DNA of 64,000 nt. It comes from Octopus vulgaris. Taxonomy: Eukaryota. The stretch's first letter is position 1, and the number at the start of each line of letters is the position of its first letter. The position numbers and the translations under genes are program-made. Of the stretch, positions 38,810 through 52,832 are shown in pieces. Location of the stretch: assembly GCA_951406725.2 (NCBI GenBank), contig OX597826.1, forward strand, positions 28,334,001 to 28,398,000, in the 5' to 3' direction. Under the pieces are notes generated by a model. The model ran no database searches, was not told the DNA's origin, and saw only the letters and a program-made list of their open reading frames with translations.

Positions 38810-39540
38810 CTCCAAGGATTGAGATATAGGAAGAAAGTTAGCTTCAAGTAAATATAAAAATAACACCTTTCAAAAATAATAGCGGTTTACTGAGGTGGAA
38901 GGTTGTGGATTTTTTTCGTATCGAAATTCGATAAGCTAGGAATGTTTTTGGTGGTTTTTTTTTTGGTTTTCTTCTTCATATTTCAGGTTGGTAGCTAGGG
39001 TTGCCGGGTATGCGAATAAGAATGCAGGAGTTAAGGAATGGAGTAGGTGAGATCCGAGATACATTTGTTTCAGAGAGAGAGAATGATGACTGATGTCCGC
39101 ATACAGACTGAAAAGTTTCGACGCTATATTGAGACCAAAATAGTCTATCACTGTAATTGTACTTTCAGTTTCTTCAAAAGACAAAAAAAATCCCTTAGGG
39201 CCCACACACAGAACTTTGAAAGCAACATGTGGTTGGCGAGTCGCAGCATGGCAAAGTCACCTTGTGAGTTGATGTGCTTTTGCTGGCTTTTATGTCATCT
39301 GATGAGTGATTGTAACTTTTTAAAGATCTCGTGTAACTATTGATGATAAAGATGTGTTTATTCATGTCCTCGCTATACCAGATATGACTGACGAGGCGTA
39401 CATAAGTTGAAACCCTGGAACCAGTGCCACTATAATCAATAATTATTAAAACTATGTAATTCAATTTCTGGGAAGTATACTCGGAAAAAGTTTGTTTTAT
39501 TTCTCTCTCTCCCTCTCGCTATATATATATATATATATAT

Positions 39541-39932
39541 GCGCAGGAGTGGCTATGTCGTAAGTAGCTTGCTTATCAACAACATGGTTCCTGGTTCTGT
39601 CCCACTGCGTGGCACCTTGGGCAAGTGTCTTCCACTATAGCCTCGGGCCGACCAAAGCCTTGTGAGTGGGTCTGGTAGACGGAAACTGAAAGAAGCCCGT
39701 CGTATATATGTGTGTGGGTATACGTTTGTGTGTCTGTGTTTGTTCCCCAGCATCGCCTGACAACTGATGCTGGTGTGTTTACATTCCTGTAACTTAGCGG
39801 TTCGGCAAAAGAGAACGATAGAATAAGTACTAGGCTTACAAAGAATAAATCTGGGGTCGATTTGCTCGACTAAAGGCAGTGCTCCAGCATAGCCACAGTC
39901 AAATAACTGAAACAAGTAAAAGAGTAAAAGAG
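39541..39932 (+). mobile_element. SINE family A, full length (reference copy)
   Basis: gcgcaggagtggct head, B-box-like ggttctgtccc, accttgggcaagtgtc core, tail with aaaagagt repeats. Confidence 0.9.
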
Positions 39933-39992
39933 TTGTATATATTTAGATAGAGATGTGATTGTGTGTACATATATACTTTTATACATACAGAG

Positions 39993-40049
<57 letters not shown>

Positions 40050-40149
40050 TGTGTGTGTGTGTGCATAGAAGTATGCACGCGTATGTAAGAAGTATGTGTC
40101 TGAATGAGTGCGCGTATTACTAGCTTAGTGCTCTGAGCAAAGAAGGCAC

Positions 40150-40279
40150 TTTTGATGATGATGTTGATGATGATGATGATGATGATGAAAACAAAGAGCG
40201 AGCATCGAGAAGACGTGGCAACGACATTAACAAAAGAAGCAATAAATTAAGAACAAAAAAAAAACAGAAAGAAAGAAAG

Positions 40280-40315
<36 letters not shown>

Positions 40316-40418
40316 TGATACTAAGACAATTAAATGACGGAAATTGTCTTTTTTAGAAGAAGCATGATGTGTACATGGATTCCGTGACAAAACTACTACT
40401 ACTATTACTACCACCACC

Positions 40419-40450
<32 letters not shown>

Positions 40451-40580
40451 TAATAATAGTAATAATAATAATAATAATAATAACGAGAATGACAATAATA
40501 TTAATGAGCATGATAACCGCAACAATCATAATACTGTTAATGCTTACACTAAGAATAAGTGGAGATGAGAGTGGTGGTGA

Positions 40581-40651
<71 letters not shown>

Positions 40652-40780
40652 TACAATGACAAACCGAAACTAGCAGACGATACTACCAGGACCACCACCA
40701 CCACCACCGGCCGCAAAAGTGACACGACTACCACCGTCACCACGACCACCACCAATAAAAGTAATAATAACAAGATGCTG
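40150..40780. repeat. Compound triplet microsatellites (GAT, AAT, TAG, ACC)
   Basis: Directly visible perfect and degenerate runs. Confidence 0.9.
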
Positions 40781-41185
40781 AGGACGGACGAGTCATAAGA
40801 ATACTTGGCGATGAGTAAGGCGTGAAATCTTGTAAGAAGTTGCAAGAAAGTTGAAACGAAGTTAAAGTTAGATCAACTTAATTAGCCCAGAAGAAAGTAG
40901 ACACACATACACACACACACACGTGTATACACGTGTATACACGCACACACCTATGTGTATAGTTATAAACATATAACCATATATTTCACACACAAACGCA
41001 CACACATCTACATGCGTATATATATATATATTTGTATGATTACGCATATTTTTATTTTATATACACATACACACTTTTATTTTATATACACATACAGATG
41101 CACATATATATATGCATACATATGTGTACACACACACATATACACACATTAGATATACACATATGTACGCACAGATGTAGATATC

Positions 41186-41233
<48 letters not shown>

Positions 41234-41481
41234 TATATACAAACATATATACATATACACATATATATATCCACATACACATACACACATATATAATCAC
41301 ATATATATATATACATATGCGCGCGCACACACACACACATATATATATACACATATATATACATATACACACCCACATATATATATATATATACATATAC
41401 ATACACATATATAATCACACATATATTTACACACATATGCGCACACACACACAGACTCACACACACAAACACACACACATG

Positions 41482-41517
<36 letters not shown>

Positions 41518-42359
41518 CATACACATACACACATATCACACATATATACATATATATGTATATGGAATGACAGAGCCGGTCAGGTTGATAGTGAGTTTCC
41601 TGTCTACGAACGAACATGTATAAGTGTGTGAGAGAGAACGGGCGAGCACGAGAGAGATTATATATGATATATTATGAAGAAACGTTTATGTGTGTGCATG
41701 CGTGAGTGTTTGTACAGAGAGAGAGAGAGAGCAGTTAACTCGTGTATTAAATTCCATACCATAGTTTCGTATAGATTATCCAATCATAATTTCACGATCT
41801 TCGATTGACATAAAATCGAGATTGTTCTAGAATGTAAGCGCAAAAATTACATGACCTCTAGTGTCAGCTTATTTGGTTAGTTGCTTGGCTTAGACAACGG
41901 GACTTTTCTGTTCATCAAATATTTTAGTTTGCTTCTACTGAAGGAAATTGATCTTTTTGTTTACAATAGAAATCGCCTGGTGTAATACGATAAACGTTTT
42001 ATTTTGTATAAGGTAAACACTGCAGGTTCGTTTCGTTTCTTTTCTGACCACTGTCATCGAGTTAAGTATCAGTTTATGTACGGGCATAGTTGTGTGGTTA
42101 AAGAGGTTAACTTTCCTACTAAACTGCCTGGTTTTAGGCTCGATCCCAACAGATCTTGTTGGTGATTTATCTTCTGATGAATTCGTCCTTCAGACGAATT
42201 CTAATAAGAAATAGGGCTGGTGTTGGCGCTACCATCAACTTGATAAATATTTATTTCCGATCTACATTTACGGGATGATTGAGCAAAATTTGACAACTTG
42301 CATAGAAGGAAAAGAAAAAGCAATACTTCATCCAATGATAAAAGTATTTTAAACAATTG

Positions 42360-42770
42360 TAGGCGTAGGAGTGGCTGTATGGTAAGTAGCTTGCTTACAA
42401 ACCACATAGTTCCGGCTTCAGTCCCAATGTGTGGCACCTTGGGCAAGTGTCTTCTACTATAGCATCGGGCCGACCAAAGCCTTGTGAGTGGATTTGGTAG
42501 ACGGAAACTGAAAGAAATCCGTCGTATATATATATATGTATGTATGTGTATCTGTCTGTGTGGCTGTGTTTGTCCCCCCCCCCCAACATCGCTTGACAAC
42601 CGATGCTGGTGTGTTTACGTCCCTTTAACTTAGCGGTTCGGCAAAAGAGACCGATAGAATAAGTACTAGGCTTACAAAGAATAAGTCCTGGGATCGATTT
42701 GCTCGACTAAAAGCAGTGATCCAGCATGGCCACGTTCAAGTGACTGAAACAAGTAAAGCAGTAAAAGAGT
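42360..42770 (+). mobile_element. SINE family A, full length
   Basis: Collinear with 39541-39932. Confidence 0.9.
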
Positions 42771-43376
42771 AGTGGAAATATATAGTCAGTGCAAGGTGTT
42801 GATGTGGCTGCATGTATGTTATTACAATAGTTCATAAAGAGATAAAAAATAAATTCAAGACCTATATATTTACTACATAAAAATATATTTAATTTACTAG
42901 TCAATGATGATCCATAGAATCAAAATGTAGAATCTAGATGAAGTAATCCATGCAAAAAATTTCAGAGATAGAAAGTGTAGAAATAACTGCTAAGTGGTGG
43001 TTTTCAGTCATGTGGCGTAGAGAAATAGACGGACATAGCATTGACGTGAATGGCTCAAAGTCTAATCGACTAAGAAGCGAAGAGTAGGGTTAGCAAGCTA
43101 TTTTTATTAATGGAAAGCTAGACATTCTAGAAACTTCCAAGAGAAACGCTAAACTTCTCGAATAATTAAGAATCACGTCTCGTGACACAGATGATTCGAG
43201 AAACTTATAGAAGGGAGGTTACTCTATGATCTTTCTTGCAAGGGAGATCATTCAACTATCTAGATACCGCTACACACCTCCTAGGCAGAGGTAACGGTAT
43301 ACGATAATGAAAATAACAAAAATGTATACATCACAATAATAAAATATCAACTAGGTTACAGATGGGATAAAACGAT

Positions 43377-43990
43377 TACTCAAACTAGCCGCCCTTAGCT
43401 TCCACCATAACCTTAGCACGGCTCCGGTACATGATGCATGCGTTCCTCATTGTGTCACTGGGAAGATCTTTGGACACCTTGATCTTGGCTACTAGCTCGG
43501 CTTAGCTTTCGAAGGCAGATCGGTTGATATATTTATCAACCACAACCCACACATAATGATCCGTGGGATTACAATTGGGGAAATTATGAGGCCAGAAATT
43601 AGGGCTGGTGAAGTACAAGGAATTTTCTGGCAAACACCCCTGACATCTCGGTGGAGGTGGGTATGGTATGGAGCCGAATCCTACTACCACGCATGGCCTA
43701 CCCGCAATAACACCCCCAGCCATGGTTTGACCACAGTCTCCAGCAGCCTTACAAAGCCGTCTGAATTTAGCTTAAAGCCCTGTTGAAAGATGTGGGGGCA
43801 GCATGACGTCACCTTCGCTGGAGACAACCTTCCTGTGTTCCTTCCAGTTGACCACTGCTTTGTAGTCTCTGTTGCAGCTGCCCATGTCACGCCTTATGGT
43901 CTTTAAACTATTCACAGATCATTGAGCAGCAGTCATGGTGTTGGTACTTTGATGCAAGGTGCGAATGATCATGATACAGGTAATTATTCA
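43377..43990 (-). pseudogene. DD37D (maT-like) Tc1/mariner transposase relic, internally deleted
   Basis: VVSSEGDVM, LLETVVKPW, DSAPYH, FWPHNFPNCNPTDHYVW and MVEAKGG*FE* remnants, fused directly to an N-terminal-like piece at ~43850-43990. Confidence 0.8.
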
Positions 43991-44299
43991 GATACCGTCC
44001 AGCCTTCCATATCAATTAACGTTTTCTCAACTATCTGTAAACATATAAAGAGCATTCATTTGCAAACGAAATCCCAACACAGGACTGAAACCAGTTTTGT
44101 TAGTCGTTCTCTGTCAGTCAACGAAGATATTGTGTGTATAAAGACAACGTGCCGGTGTCTGTCTAAGTAGACAGGGTTGGATATGAATCTGAAGATATAT
44201 TTATTCTGTAGAAAAGTCTAGCGTTCAAACAAAAAAAAATGTTTGTTCACTCAAATCATACATACATACACATGAATATATATATACATACTCATGAAT

Positions 44300-44355
<56 letters not shown>

Positions 44356-44509
44356 CATAAACACACCCTCCTATCGACTCAACTGCATACACAAGTAGGG
44401 AATGAGAGATTTATCAAAATGAATATATAACGGTGTATGCAATATATATATATATTCACACAAATATTTGTGTGTATTTATTTACATAGAAATAGACATA
44501 AACATACAA

Positions 44510-44544
<35 letters not shown>

Positions 44545-44728
44545 TGTGATGTGTGTGTCTGTGAAAGAGGGTGGGAGAGAGGTATTGATGTCTGTTGTGA
44601 TTTCCATATGCAAATCAGATCGTCTTCGAGACACAGATTTCAGAAAGACACTAACACAATGAACTGTCATCTGGGGATTGTATATATGTCACTGTTATAT
44701 TTCTGCTCCCATAGCCTTGTCTGCATAC

Positions 44729-44789
<61 letters not shown>

Positions 44790-44934
44790 CGTATGTGTTG
44801 GATGTATATTTGTATATGTACATACAAACACACACATAATATCTAAAATTATATTTAGAAATATATATGTATGCGTGTCTGCTTACTTGTGTATGTATAC
44901 ACATACACATATATACAAGCAACCAGATATGTGT

Positions 44935-45146
<212 letters not shown>

Positions 45147-45703
45147 CTATCGCGTTATACAGTATTCGTTTTTGGCACTCAGATATAATTTTATATGCTT
45201 AAGTTTTCAACCAGCAGAGTGTGTGTACATTCAACTTTTAAAAATGCACAGAACAGCTGCAAACAATTGCCTCTCCGTGAACTGAAATCAGATAGCAGCC
45301 CCACCGGTTTCATTTCTTGCTGAAAGTTATTATTAATTCTGCTCCCACCTATGACTGTCCCTTTGAACCTACAGCTATAGAGTGCAGCAGACAGACATCC
45401 CATAATTTACACAGCCACTGATGACGTGTAAATGATGTTAGGCAGATGATAACAGTGCCATCATGGGGGTAGTGTTTTACTGTATATTTGGGAATACAAT
45501 TGTGGTTTAGAGTGTGTCTGCTATTGAAACATTTGTGAATTTGTAATATGTGGGAGGGTTTTATGCCGGGCTGAGTAAACTGGCGTATTTCCATAAATAT
45601 CGCTTTGCAATTAATAAATTATTGTTGTATTAACCAGGCTTCTGCTGATGTTATGCTGAAGTGCCGACTGTACATATTTCAAACGGTAGTCCGTTTGTAT
45701 GTA

Positions 45704-45744
<41 letters not shown>

Positions 45745-45902
45745 TGTTAACGTTACTACAGCTGTCATATACAGGCAACGCTGCATACGCACTTTCGTAA
45801 CTACATAGATACAACACACACACGCAGAAAGATTAGTGTAAGGAATACGTAGCTTTAAAGAGAGAGGCGGTGGGTGGCTTTTCTGTTGTCCATCGCAAAG
45901 AA

Positions 45903-45938
<36 letters not shown>

Positions 45939-46020
45939 ACACACACACACACACATCTATATATTTATATATTTATACATACATATGTCTACTATACACC
46001 ATTTTAAACTCGTGATTACC

Positions 46021-46051
<31 letters not shown>

Positions 46052-46935
46052 CACGTCCTATAACTGTCTGTCTCTCTATTCTTGTAGGGTCTTTCTTGTT
46101 GCCGTCACATATTGTGAGATTTTAAAATAACGTCAAAATTTTCCAAATTTGGTATATTGAAATAATTTTCCACGTTAAATCCGATTTTGTTATTTATTTG
46201 TTCCTGAAAAATTGCAAAAATATATTACTGAGGTTTAAAATTTAATCAATTTTGCCTAATCAGAAAAGGTGGCATCTTCTGTATGATAGCTGGCATTTTC
46301 TGCATGATACTTGTCTATCACGAAATGAAAGCAAAATTATTAGGAAGAGGAATTTTTATTAAACAAACGAAAACAAAGTATCACGACGACCAAAGTTGTA
46401 AGAACTTTTAATGAATAAAGTCATGTGAAATGGTCAAACAGACATGTAAATACTTTTAAAAGGATAAAAAAAACCTCAACGAAATCTTTTGGCGAAAAAT
46501 TGCATAAATCTGTCCTGATCAAGACATCTATCTGTTGGGGAAGACATGCACTGACAGGGAATAAATAGAAATTTAACAACATGAACCCACTTCAACTTGC
46601 GTCAATGTCGGCCAGTAGGTGACTAATCCCGCAACCCTGCTGAGCTTGCCTGACAGAAAGTGTTGGTCTTCGTTGGACACAGGACAGGATGTCAAACAAA
46701 GGCTACCAACAGGTGGACGAATTCATTAAAGTCAGCGGTCATGCAACAGGTGGTAGTGAGAGGCTCCTATTCTTTGTACGCAGAAAGAAAACTCTAGTGT
46801 CACACCTGTGACTATGTTTGTCACGATATCTGTGTGCAAAATGTATAGGACATGTGCGCAGGATTGAAAAAGAACATGTGCGTTGCTTTAAGGGAGCAAC
46901 CAAGGGATGACAAAGCTCGAAATTGAACTCCAGCC

Positions 46936-46972
<37 letters not shown>

Positions 46973-47162
46973 CTAATGTAGGATAAAATTTTTTCGAAAA
47001 AAATTTTATCAATGGCCAGCATATCAAAAAATACCTTTAGAGGTTAAATTTATAAATAACTTATAAAATAAGGGCAAAATATGCAGTTTTTCGGCATATT
47101 TGGCATTAGAATTTTTTTTTTGCCCTTATTTTATAAGTTATACATATATATATACACACACA

Positions 47163-47728
47163 CGAGGGTGAGTCAAAAATTAATGTCATTTTGTTTAGGA
47201 TTTGTATAATTACCAGCACAGGAACATGTATCATACATCAAAAGGAAGCTGGTCCTCTGTGGATCACATCCCTACCTCTCAACATAGTCGCCGTTTCTCT
47301 CAGCAGCAATGTTCCACGTTCGAATTAGAGCATGTATCCCTGCCCCGAAAAATTCTGTTGACTGTTCTTTGAGCCACTTCTTCAATACAGTTTTCACTTC
47401 CTCGTCTCTGGACTATCATCGTCACTGGACTATCATCTCTTCGGCCCCATGAAAGAAGGTTTGAGAGGCAAACATTATTCCAGTGACGAGGAAGTGAAAT
47501 CTGTAGTGAAGAAGTGGCTCAAAGAACACTCAACAGAATTTTACGGGGCAGGAATACATGGTCTCATTCGAAGGTGGATCATTACTATTGAGAGAATCTG
47601 TGACTATGTTGAGTAGTAGGGATGTGATCTACAGAAGACCAGCCTCATTTTGATGTTTGATATATGTTCCTGTGCTGGTAATTATACCTGTCCTAAACAA
47701 AATGACATTACATTTTGACTCACCCTCG
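47163..47728. mobile_element. Foldback mariner MITE made of two inverted 3' ends
   Basis: TIR CGAGGGTGAGTCAAAA at both ends, TA on the right; ~250 bp arms; right arm encodes DYHLFGPMKEGLRGKHYSSDEEVK...DYVE*. Confidence 0.9.
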
Positions 47729-47760
<32 letters not shown>

Positions 47761-47930
47761 AAAAACAGTGACAACAAAAGAATAAGACCGTGTAATTTTT
47801 TATCTCTAATATTTTATATTTTTCTTACTAATTAGAGTAACTTCTTTTTCATTCAATAGCTTTTTATAGCGTCTATTGTCATTAATAGCCCATGAGAATG
47901 TATCGTAGCTCTTAGTTTCGGCATTTGAAA

Positions 47931-47985
<55 letters not shown>

Positions 47986-47986
<1 letters not shown>

Positions 47987-48179
47987 TGTTGTGTCTGGGG
48001 AGAGTCATTCACTTTTGGTGCCTTATAATTTAACACACACATCGGTAAAATTTCCACTTATTTCTTTTTTATTTTTCTAAAATTTTCGTTGCGTCTTGCA
48101 ACCTTTTTAATAGTTTTGAAAAATAAAAAAGAAATAAGTGGAAATTAATCCGGTGAGTGACTCTCCCCAGATACAACAG
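47986..48179. repeat. Foldback element in (TA)n
   Basis: ctgttgtgtctggggagagtca / tgactctccccagatacaacag and tttccacttatttcttttt / aaaaagaaataagtggaaa. Confidence 0.75.
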
Positions 48180-48236
48180 AATATGCTTCAGCACACGAAC
48201 TCACATAAAGAATCTTGCAAACCAAATCCCTAAACG

Positions 48237-48306
<70 letters not shown>

Positions 48307-48364
48307 TTTCGGTGCGAATGGCTTTATTATATGGTGCCGTATTTTCCAATCCTGTAACTAATAA

Positions 48365-48570
48365 TAATGGTATTTTTAAACAAACTTAAAGTTTATGCCG
48401 TTCACCATGCAATGACTAAGGAAAATAGTCTAATAACGGGGCATATAATCCCTCGGATAAGAAAGCCTTCTTTTTTTGCTAAGGGCTTATATACCCCTTT
48501 ATTAGACTGTTTTTCTTAGCTATTGCTCGGTGATCGCCATAAGCTTTAAGCTTATATAAAAATACCATTA
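48365..48570. repeat. Foldback element, ~95 bp arms
   Basis: taatggtattttt...agtctaataa...catataatccct mirrors agggcttatata...ttattagact...aaaaataccatta. Confidence 0.75.
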
Positions 48571-49070
48571 CACACACACACACACACACATACACACACA
48601 CTCACATATATATATATATATAAATGTGTAAATATAATGCATATAAACATATATGTCTGTGTGTGTGTATGCATCTATGTATGCCAACAGAAGTATCAGT
48701 AACTCCATCCATTACCCATCTTCTTGCTATTCCGATGATTCCTTCACTGACATCAGGACGTCAACCTTTACCAAATATTGTCAGCATTCAAGAATCGTCG
48801 TAAGATTGTTGATCACATGACATCGATTGGGTCATGACCTCGCATCAATATTTTGGCAGTTCCAAAACATTCTGCTATTATTATTTCGTTCGAAGGGCGC
48901 TGTATACATATATGCATCCCTTTAAACACACGTCTGTATGTATACATATATACATGCATATATATATATGTATATAGATTTTATATAGATATATGATTTT
49001 ATATATATATATATATAAAATCATATATCTACATATATACACACATATACACGTATATGTGAACATGCAA

Positions 49071-49105
<35 letters not shown>

Positions 49106-49413
49106 ACATGGCTAAGTTCTTAAGAAGTTGTCTATGCAATCTAGAGATCCAGGTTTCGATCCAAAGGGATGACATTTTTGATGTCTCTTCTATTGTAAAC
49201 TTGGGTCAGTACTGAGCAGCGTATGAAATTAGATTGATGAAAACTGTGTGGAATCCCATCCGATGAATACTAATTGATATTCGGGACCTGCCTTGTCAGA
49301 CATACGGTGTCCCTGTGATGATTATTAGGGGCGTTCACCGCAGTCTACGACGTTATAAGTAACGCATCCAAGTCAGATTAGATATTGTAATTAATATTCA
49401 TTACAAAGTCAAC

Positions 49414-49456
<43 letters not shown>

Positions 49457-49539
49457 GAGAGAGAGTGAGAGAGCGAGCGTCAGTTTTTTTAAGACACCTC
49501 TTAAAAGGGTTCTCTTTCTTTTTTGACCTTATTAATCTC

Positions 49540-50131
49540 AGATATCAGTCTAGCTCAGCAAACGAAAAGCTATGCTGTAAGCGTTGACTTAAAAGCGCAA
49601 TATAGTGATACACAGGTATCTCATTTGTCGAAAGCTGCTCGATCCTTCGTTGTCAAAGTTCGAAAGAAGCTGTAAACTGTCGACGAAAAATCAACATTAG
49701 CAGCTAAACGCAAACTACATGGACAGGGTTCTTTTTTACCCTCAGAACACACAACTTTGTACAAAAAATCCAAGAAATAATCGATAAAAATCCTGGAAAA
49801 GACCTCGAGGTTCGAGAATGCTCAATGAGAAGAGTTGTGCATAAGGACATCCGGTACAAGTCGTATATGATGAGGATGTGTCAGTTTATGCCGGATGCGA
49901 CGAGAGATTCGTTTGATCCGTGCAAAGCGCTTGCTTAACAAGTTAAAACTCCAAGAGGCTGCAATGGCTTTCATTTTATTACGATGAGAAAAACATCGAT
50001 CAGGACCAAAAGGTAAACCGAACGAACGACAGATGGTTATGCAGAGACCTGAATAAAGTTCCAGCAGTCATGCATACTAAGTTCCCAGCAACTATGAAGG
50101 TTCTAGGAGACATCAGCAACGAGGAAGAAGT
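49540..50131 (+). pseudogene. DD37D (maT-like) transposase relic, N-terminal two-thirds
   Basis: RSFVVKVRKKL, MRRVVHKDIRYKSYMMR, RAKRLLNKLK and DEKNIDQDQKVNRTNDRWLC...VMHTKFPATMKVLGDISNE; truncated by a SINE. Confidence 0.85.
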
Positions 50132-50279
50132 ACTCTCTTCTCAGACCTACTCACAAGATTTTGGTCGGCCAGTGGCTGTAGTAGAAGACACTTGCGGTTA
50201 AACTGAACCCAGAACCAAGTAGCTGGAAAGTAAGCTCCCCACCGCCGCTACCATGCAGTCACGTTTGTGCTTCAAATAT

Positions 50280-50495
50280 TCTTTTCTACTCTAGGCACAA
50301 GGCCCGAAATTTTGGGGGAGGAGGCCAATCGATTAGATCGACCCCAGTACGCAACTGGTACTTAATTTATTGATCCCGAAAGGATTAAAGGCAAAGTCGA
50401 CCTCAGCGGAATTTGAACTCAGAACGTAAAGACTCATGAAATACCCCTAAGCAGTTCATCCGGCGTGTTGCCGTTTCTGCCAGCTCGCTGCCTTA
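50280..50495 (-). mobile_element. SINE family C, full length (reference copy)
   Basis: Minus head aaggcagcgagctggcagaaacg, B-box GAGTTCAAATTCC, central gactttgccttt.atcctttcggg domain. Confidence 0.85.
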
Positions 50496-50745
50496 CCCTT
50501 TGTTTCATATATTAGAAATACATATTTTTGCTTGCAATAGTCTGTTCTTTTGGTCAAACTATCGTATCTCCAGCTGCTTCAGATGCCAAGATATGAAAAA
50601 TTGTCAAAGTGAAGTTCAACAGTTTTGTTATAGAATGGTGAAACTATATTTTCGTTTTCTGAAAAAGCAATGTTTTGGACTTACGACACTTTTGCATAAT
50701 AGCAGCGATACATATTTGTGTATATAAGATTTTACCGTATATATC

Positions 50746-50938
50746 AACTAAACAAAATACGCTAATATTGGGGCATATGAATCCACGATGGAAAAAAAGG
50801 TGGGTATTAGTACACATAGGAATCGAACCCATACCACAGTAAGATGTAAGGTATGGTTCAATTCCTACGTGTACTAATGCTCATTTATTTCTGTCGTGGG
50901 CTTATATGCTCCAGTATTGGACTTTATTTTCTTTAGTT
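50746..50938. repeat. Foldback element, ~90 bp arms
   Basis: aatattggggcatatgaatccacgat...attagtacacataggaatcgaacccatacc mirrors ggtatggttcaattcctacgtgtactaat...gtcgtgggcttatatgctccagtatt. Confidence 0.8.
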
Positions 50939-50961
50939 AATACGCACGGGATATAGTTATG

Positions 50962-51175
50962 CAGTAATCCCTCGCCATATTGCCGTTCACCTTTCGCGGT
51001 TTATTATTTAAGTTTACGTCGATTCCTCCGTGGTGTTGTTTTGCATTTAAATAAAATATATACAAATTATAAAAATAATGAAAAGAAAAATATACAGTAC
51101 TGTTTCTTCTTCGCAGATTTTCACCTATCGTAAGGGGTTTTGGAACGTAACACCCGCAATAGTCGAGGATTGCTG
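50962..51175. mobile_element. pogo/Tigger-like MITE
   Basis: TIRs CAGTAATCCCTCGCCATATTGC ... GCAATAGTCGAGGATTGCTG|TA. Confidence 0.75.
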
Positions 51176-51300
51176 TATTTACAAAATTTTCACTCATCAC
51201 CGTTTCTTAACTCACGCAGAAAATATGTACTTGTTTGTATATCTGCAAGTTTTGTGTATGTGCTTTGTATGTGTATATATATATAAACACGCATATCTTA

Positions 51301-51386
<86 letters not shown>

Positions 51387-51506
51387 AGAATAAGTACCCG
51401 ACTTCAAAAATTGATATTCTTATGAATGTATGCAAATGTATGTATGTATGTATATAAACTTACTTGGAAATTGATGCGTGGCATTCAATCAAATAGTAAT
51501 ATAAAT

Positions 51507-51898
51507 GAGTGGCTGTGTGGTAAGTAGCTTGTTTACCAACCACATGGTTCCGAGTTCAGTCACACTGCGTGGCACCTTGGGCAAGTGTCTTCTACTATTG
51601 CCTCGGGCCGACCAAAGCCCTGTGAGTGGATTTGGTAGATGGAAACTGAAAGAAGCCCGTCGTATATATATATATATATGTGTGCGTGTATGTTTGTGTA
51701 TGTCCCCCTAGCATTGCTTGACAACCGATGCTGGTGTGTTTATGTCCCCGTCAATTAGCGGTTCGGCAAAAAGAGACCGATAGAATAAGTACTGGGCTTA
51801 CAAAGAATAAGTCCCGGGTCGGGTTGCTCGATTAAAGGCGGTGTCCAGCATGGCCGCAGTCAAATGACTGAAACAAGTAATAGAGAGAGTAAAAGAGA

Positions 51899-51936
<38 letters not shown>

Positions 51937-52108
51937 TCTCTTTTATCTCTTTTACTTGTTTCAGTCATTTGACTGCGGCCATGCTGGAGCACCGCATTTA
52001 GTCGAGCAAATCGACCCCAGGACTTATTCTTTGTAAGCCCAGTACTTATTCTATCGGTCTCTTTTGCTGAACTGCTAAGTGACGGGGACGTAAACACACC
52101 AGCATTGG

Positions 52109-52110
<2 letters not shown>
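51507..52110. mobile_element. Full family A SINE (+, 51507-51900) tail-to-tail with a family A tail (-, 51935-52110)
   Basis: Arms are near-perfect reverse complements separated by (TA)n. Confidence 0.9.
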
Positions 52111-52192
<82 letters not shown>

Positions 52193-52195
<3 letters not shown>

Positions 52196-52446
52196 CGCAA
52201 TGGCCCAGTGGTTAGGGCAGCGGACTCGCAGTCGTAGGATCGCGGTTTCGATTCCCAGACCGGGCGTTGTGAGTGTTTATTGAGCGAAAACACCTAAAAG
52301 CTCCACGAGGCTCCGGCAGGGGGTGGTGATCCCTGCTGTACTCTTTCACCACTCTTTCTCTCTTTCTTCTGTTGGCCTGCTCGCTTAGCCAGCGGGGTGG
52401 CGAACGAAAATGTAGCAACATCTGATGGTCTGATCGGTCACGTGGT

Positions 52447-52454
<8 letters not shown>
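52193..52454 (+). mobile_element. SINE family B
   Basis: Collinear with 35462-35762 apart from a small deletion; (TA)n on both sides. Confidence 0.88.
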
Positions 52455-52484
<30 letters not shown>

Positions 52485-52487
<3 letters not shown>

Positions 52488-52760
52488 ACAGAACGTCACC
52501 AACATGAAATACGAAAACAAATGAGTTGAATACGCAACCAACGATAGAAACAAATGGAAAACAGGACAAGTAAGGCAAAGAAGGACCTTTCATCAGTTGT
52601 CAGCTCCTCATTCAATGCTCAAAAGATAGACAGCCGACAACTTATGAAGGGTCGTTCTCTGCGTTACTTGTCCTGTTTTCCATCTGTTTCTCTCGTTGGT
52701 TGTGTATTCAACTAATTTTGTCGTATTCCATGTTGTTTACTGTTGGTGACGACCTGTACA
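52485..52760. repeat. Foldback element of the GTACAG(G)AC-terminus family
   Basis: ~120 bp inverted arms; inner ends carry gacaaCTGATGAagg (minus, 52590-52596) and its mutated mirror. Confidence 0.8.
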
Positions 52761-52782
52761 CATATATGCATACATACACAAA

Positions 52783-52832
<50 letters not shown>

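Noticed and set aside
42174-42201. CTGATGA followed by hairpin gaattcgtc/gacgaattc
   Set aside because: No GAAA after the stem and no stem I or III; not a hammerhead.
52193-52265. tRNA-like sequences (also 3865, 24225, 35690, 37495, 60080)
   Set aside because: A/B boxes are present but there is no paired acceptor stem, and each continues into a SINE body; SINE heads, not tRNA genes.
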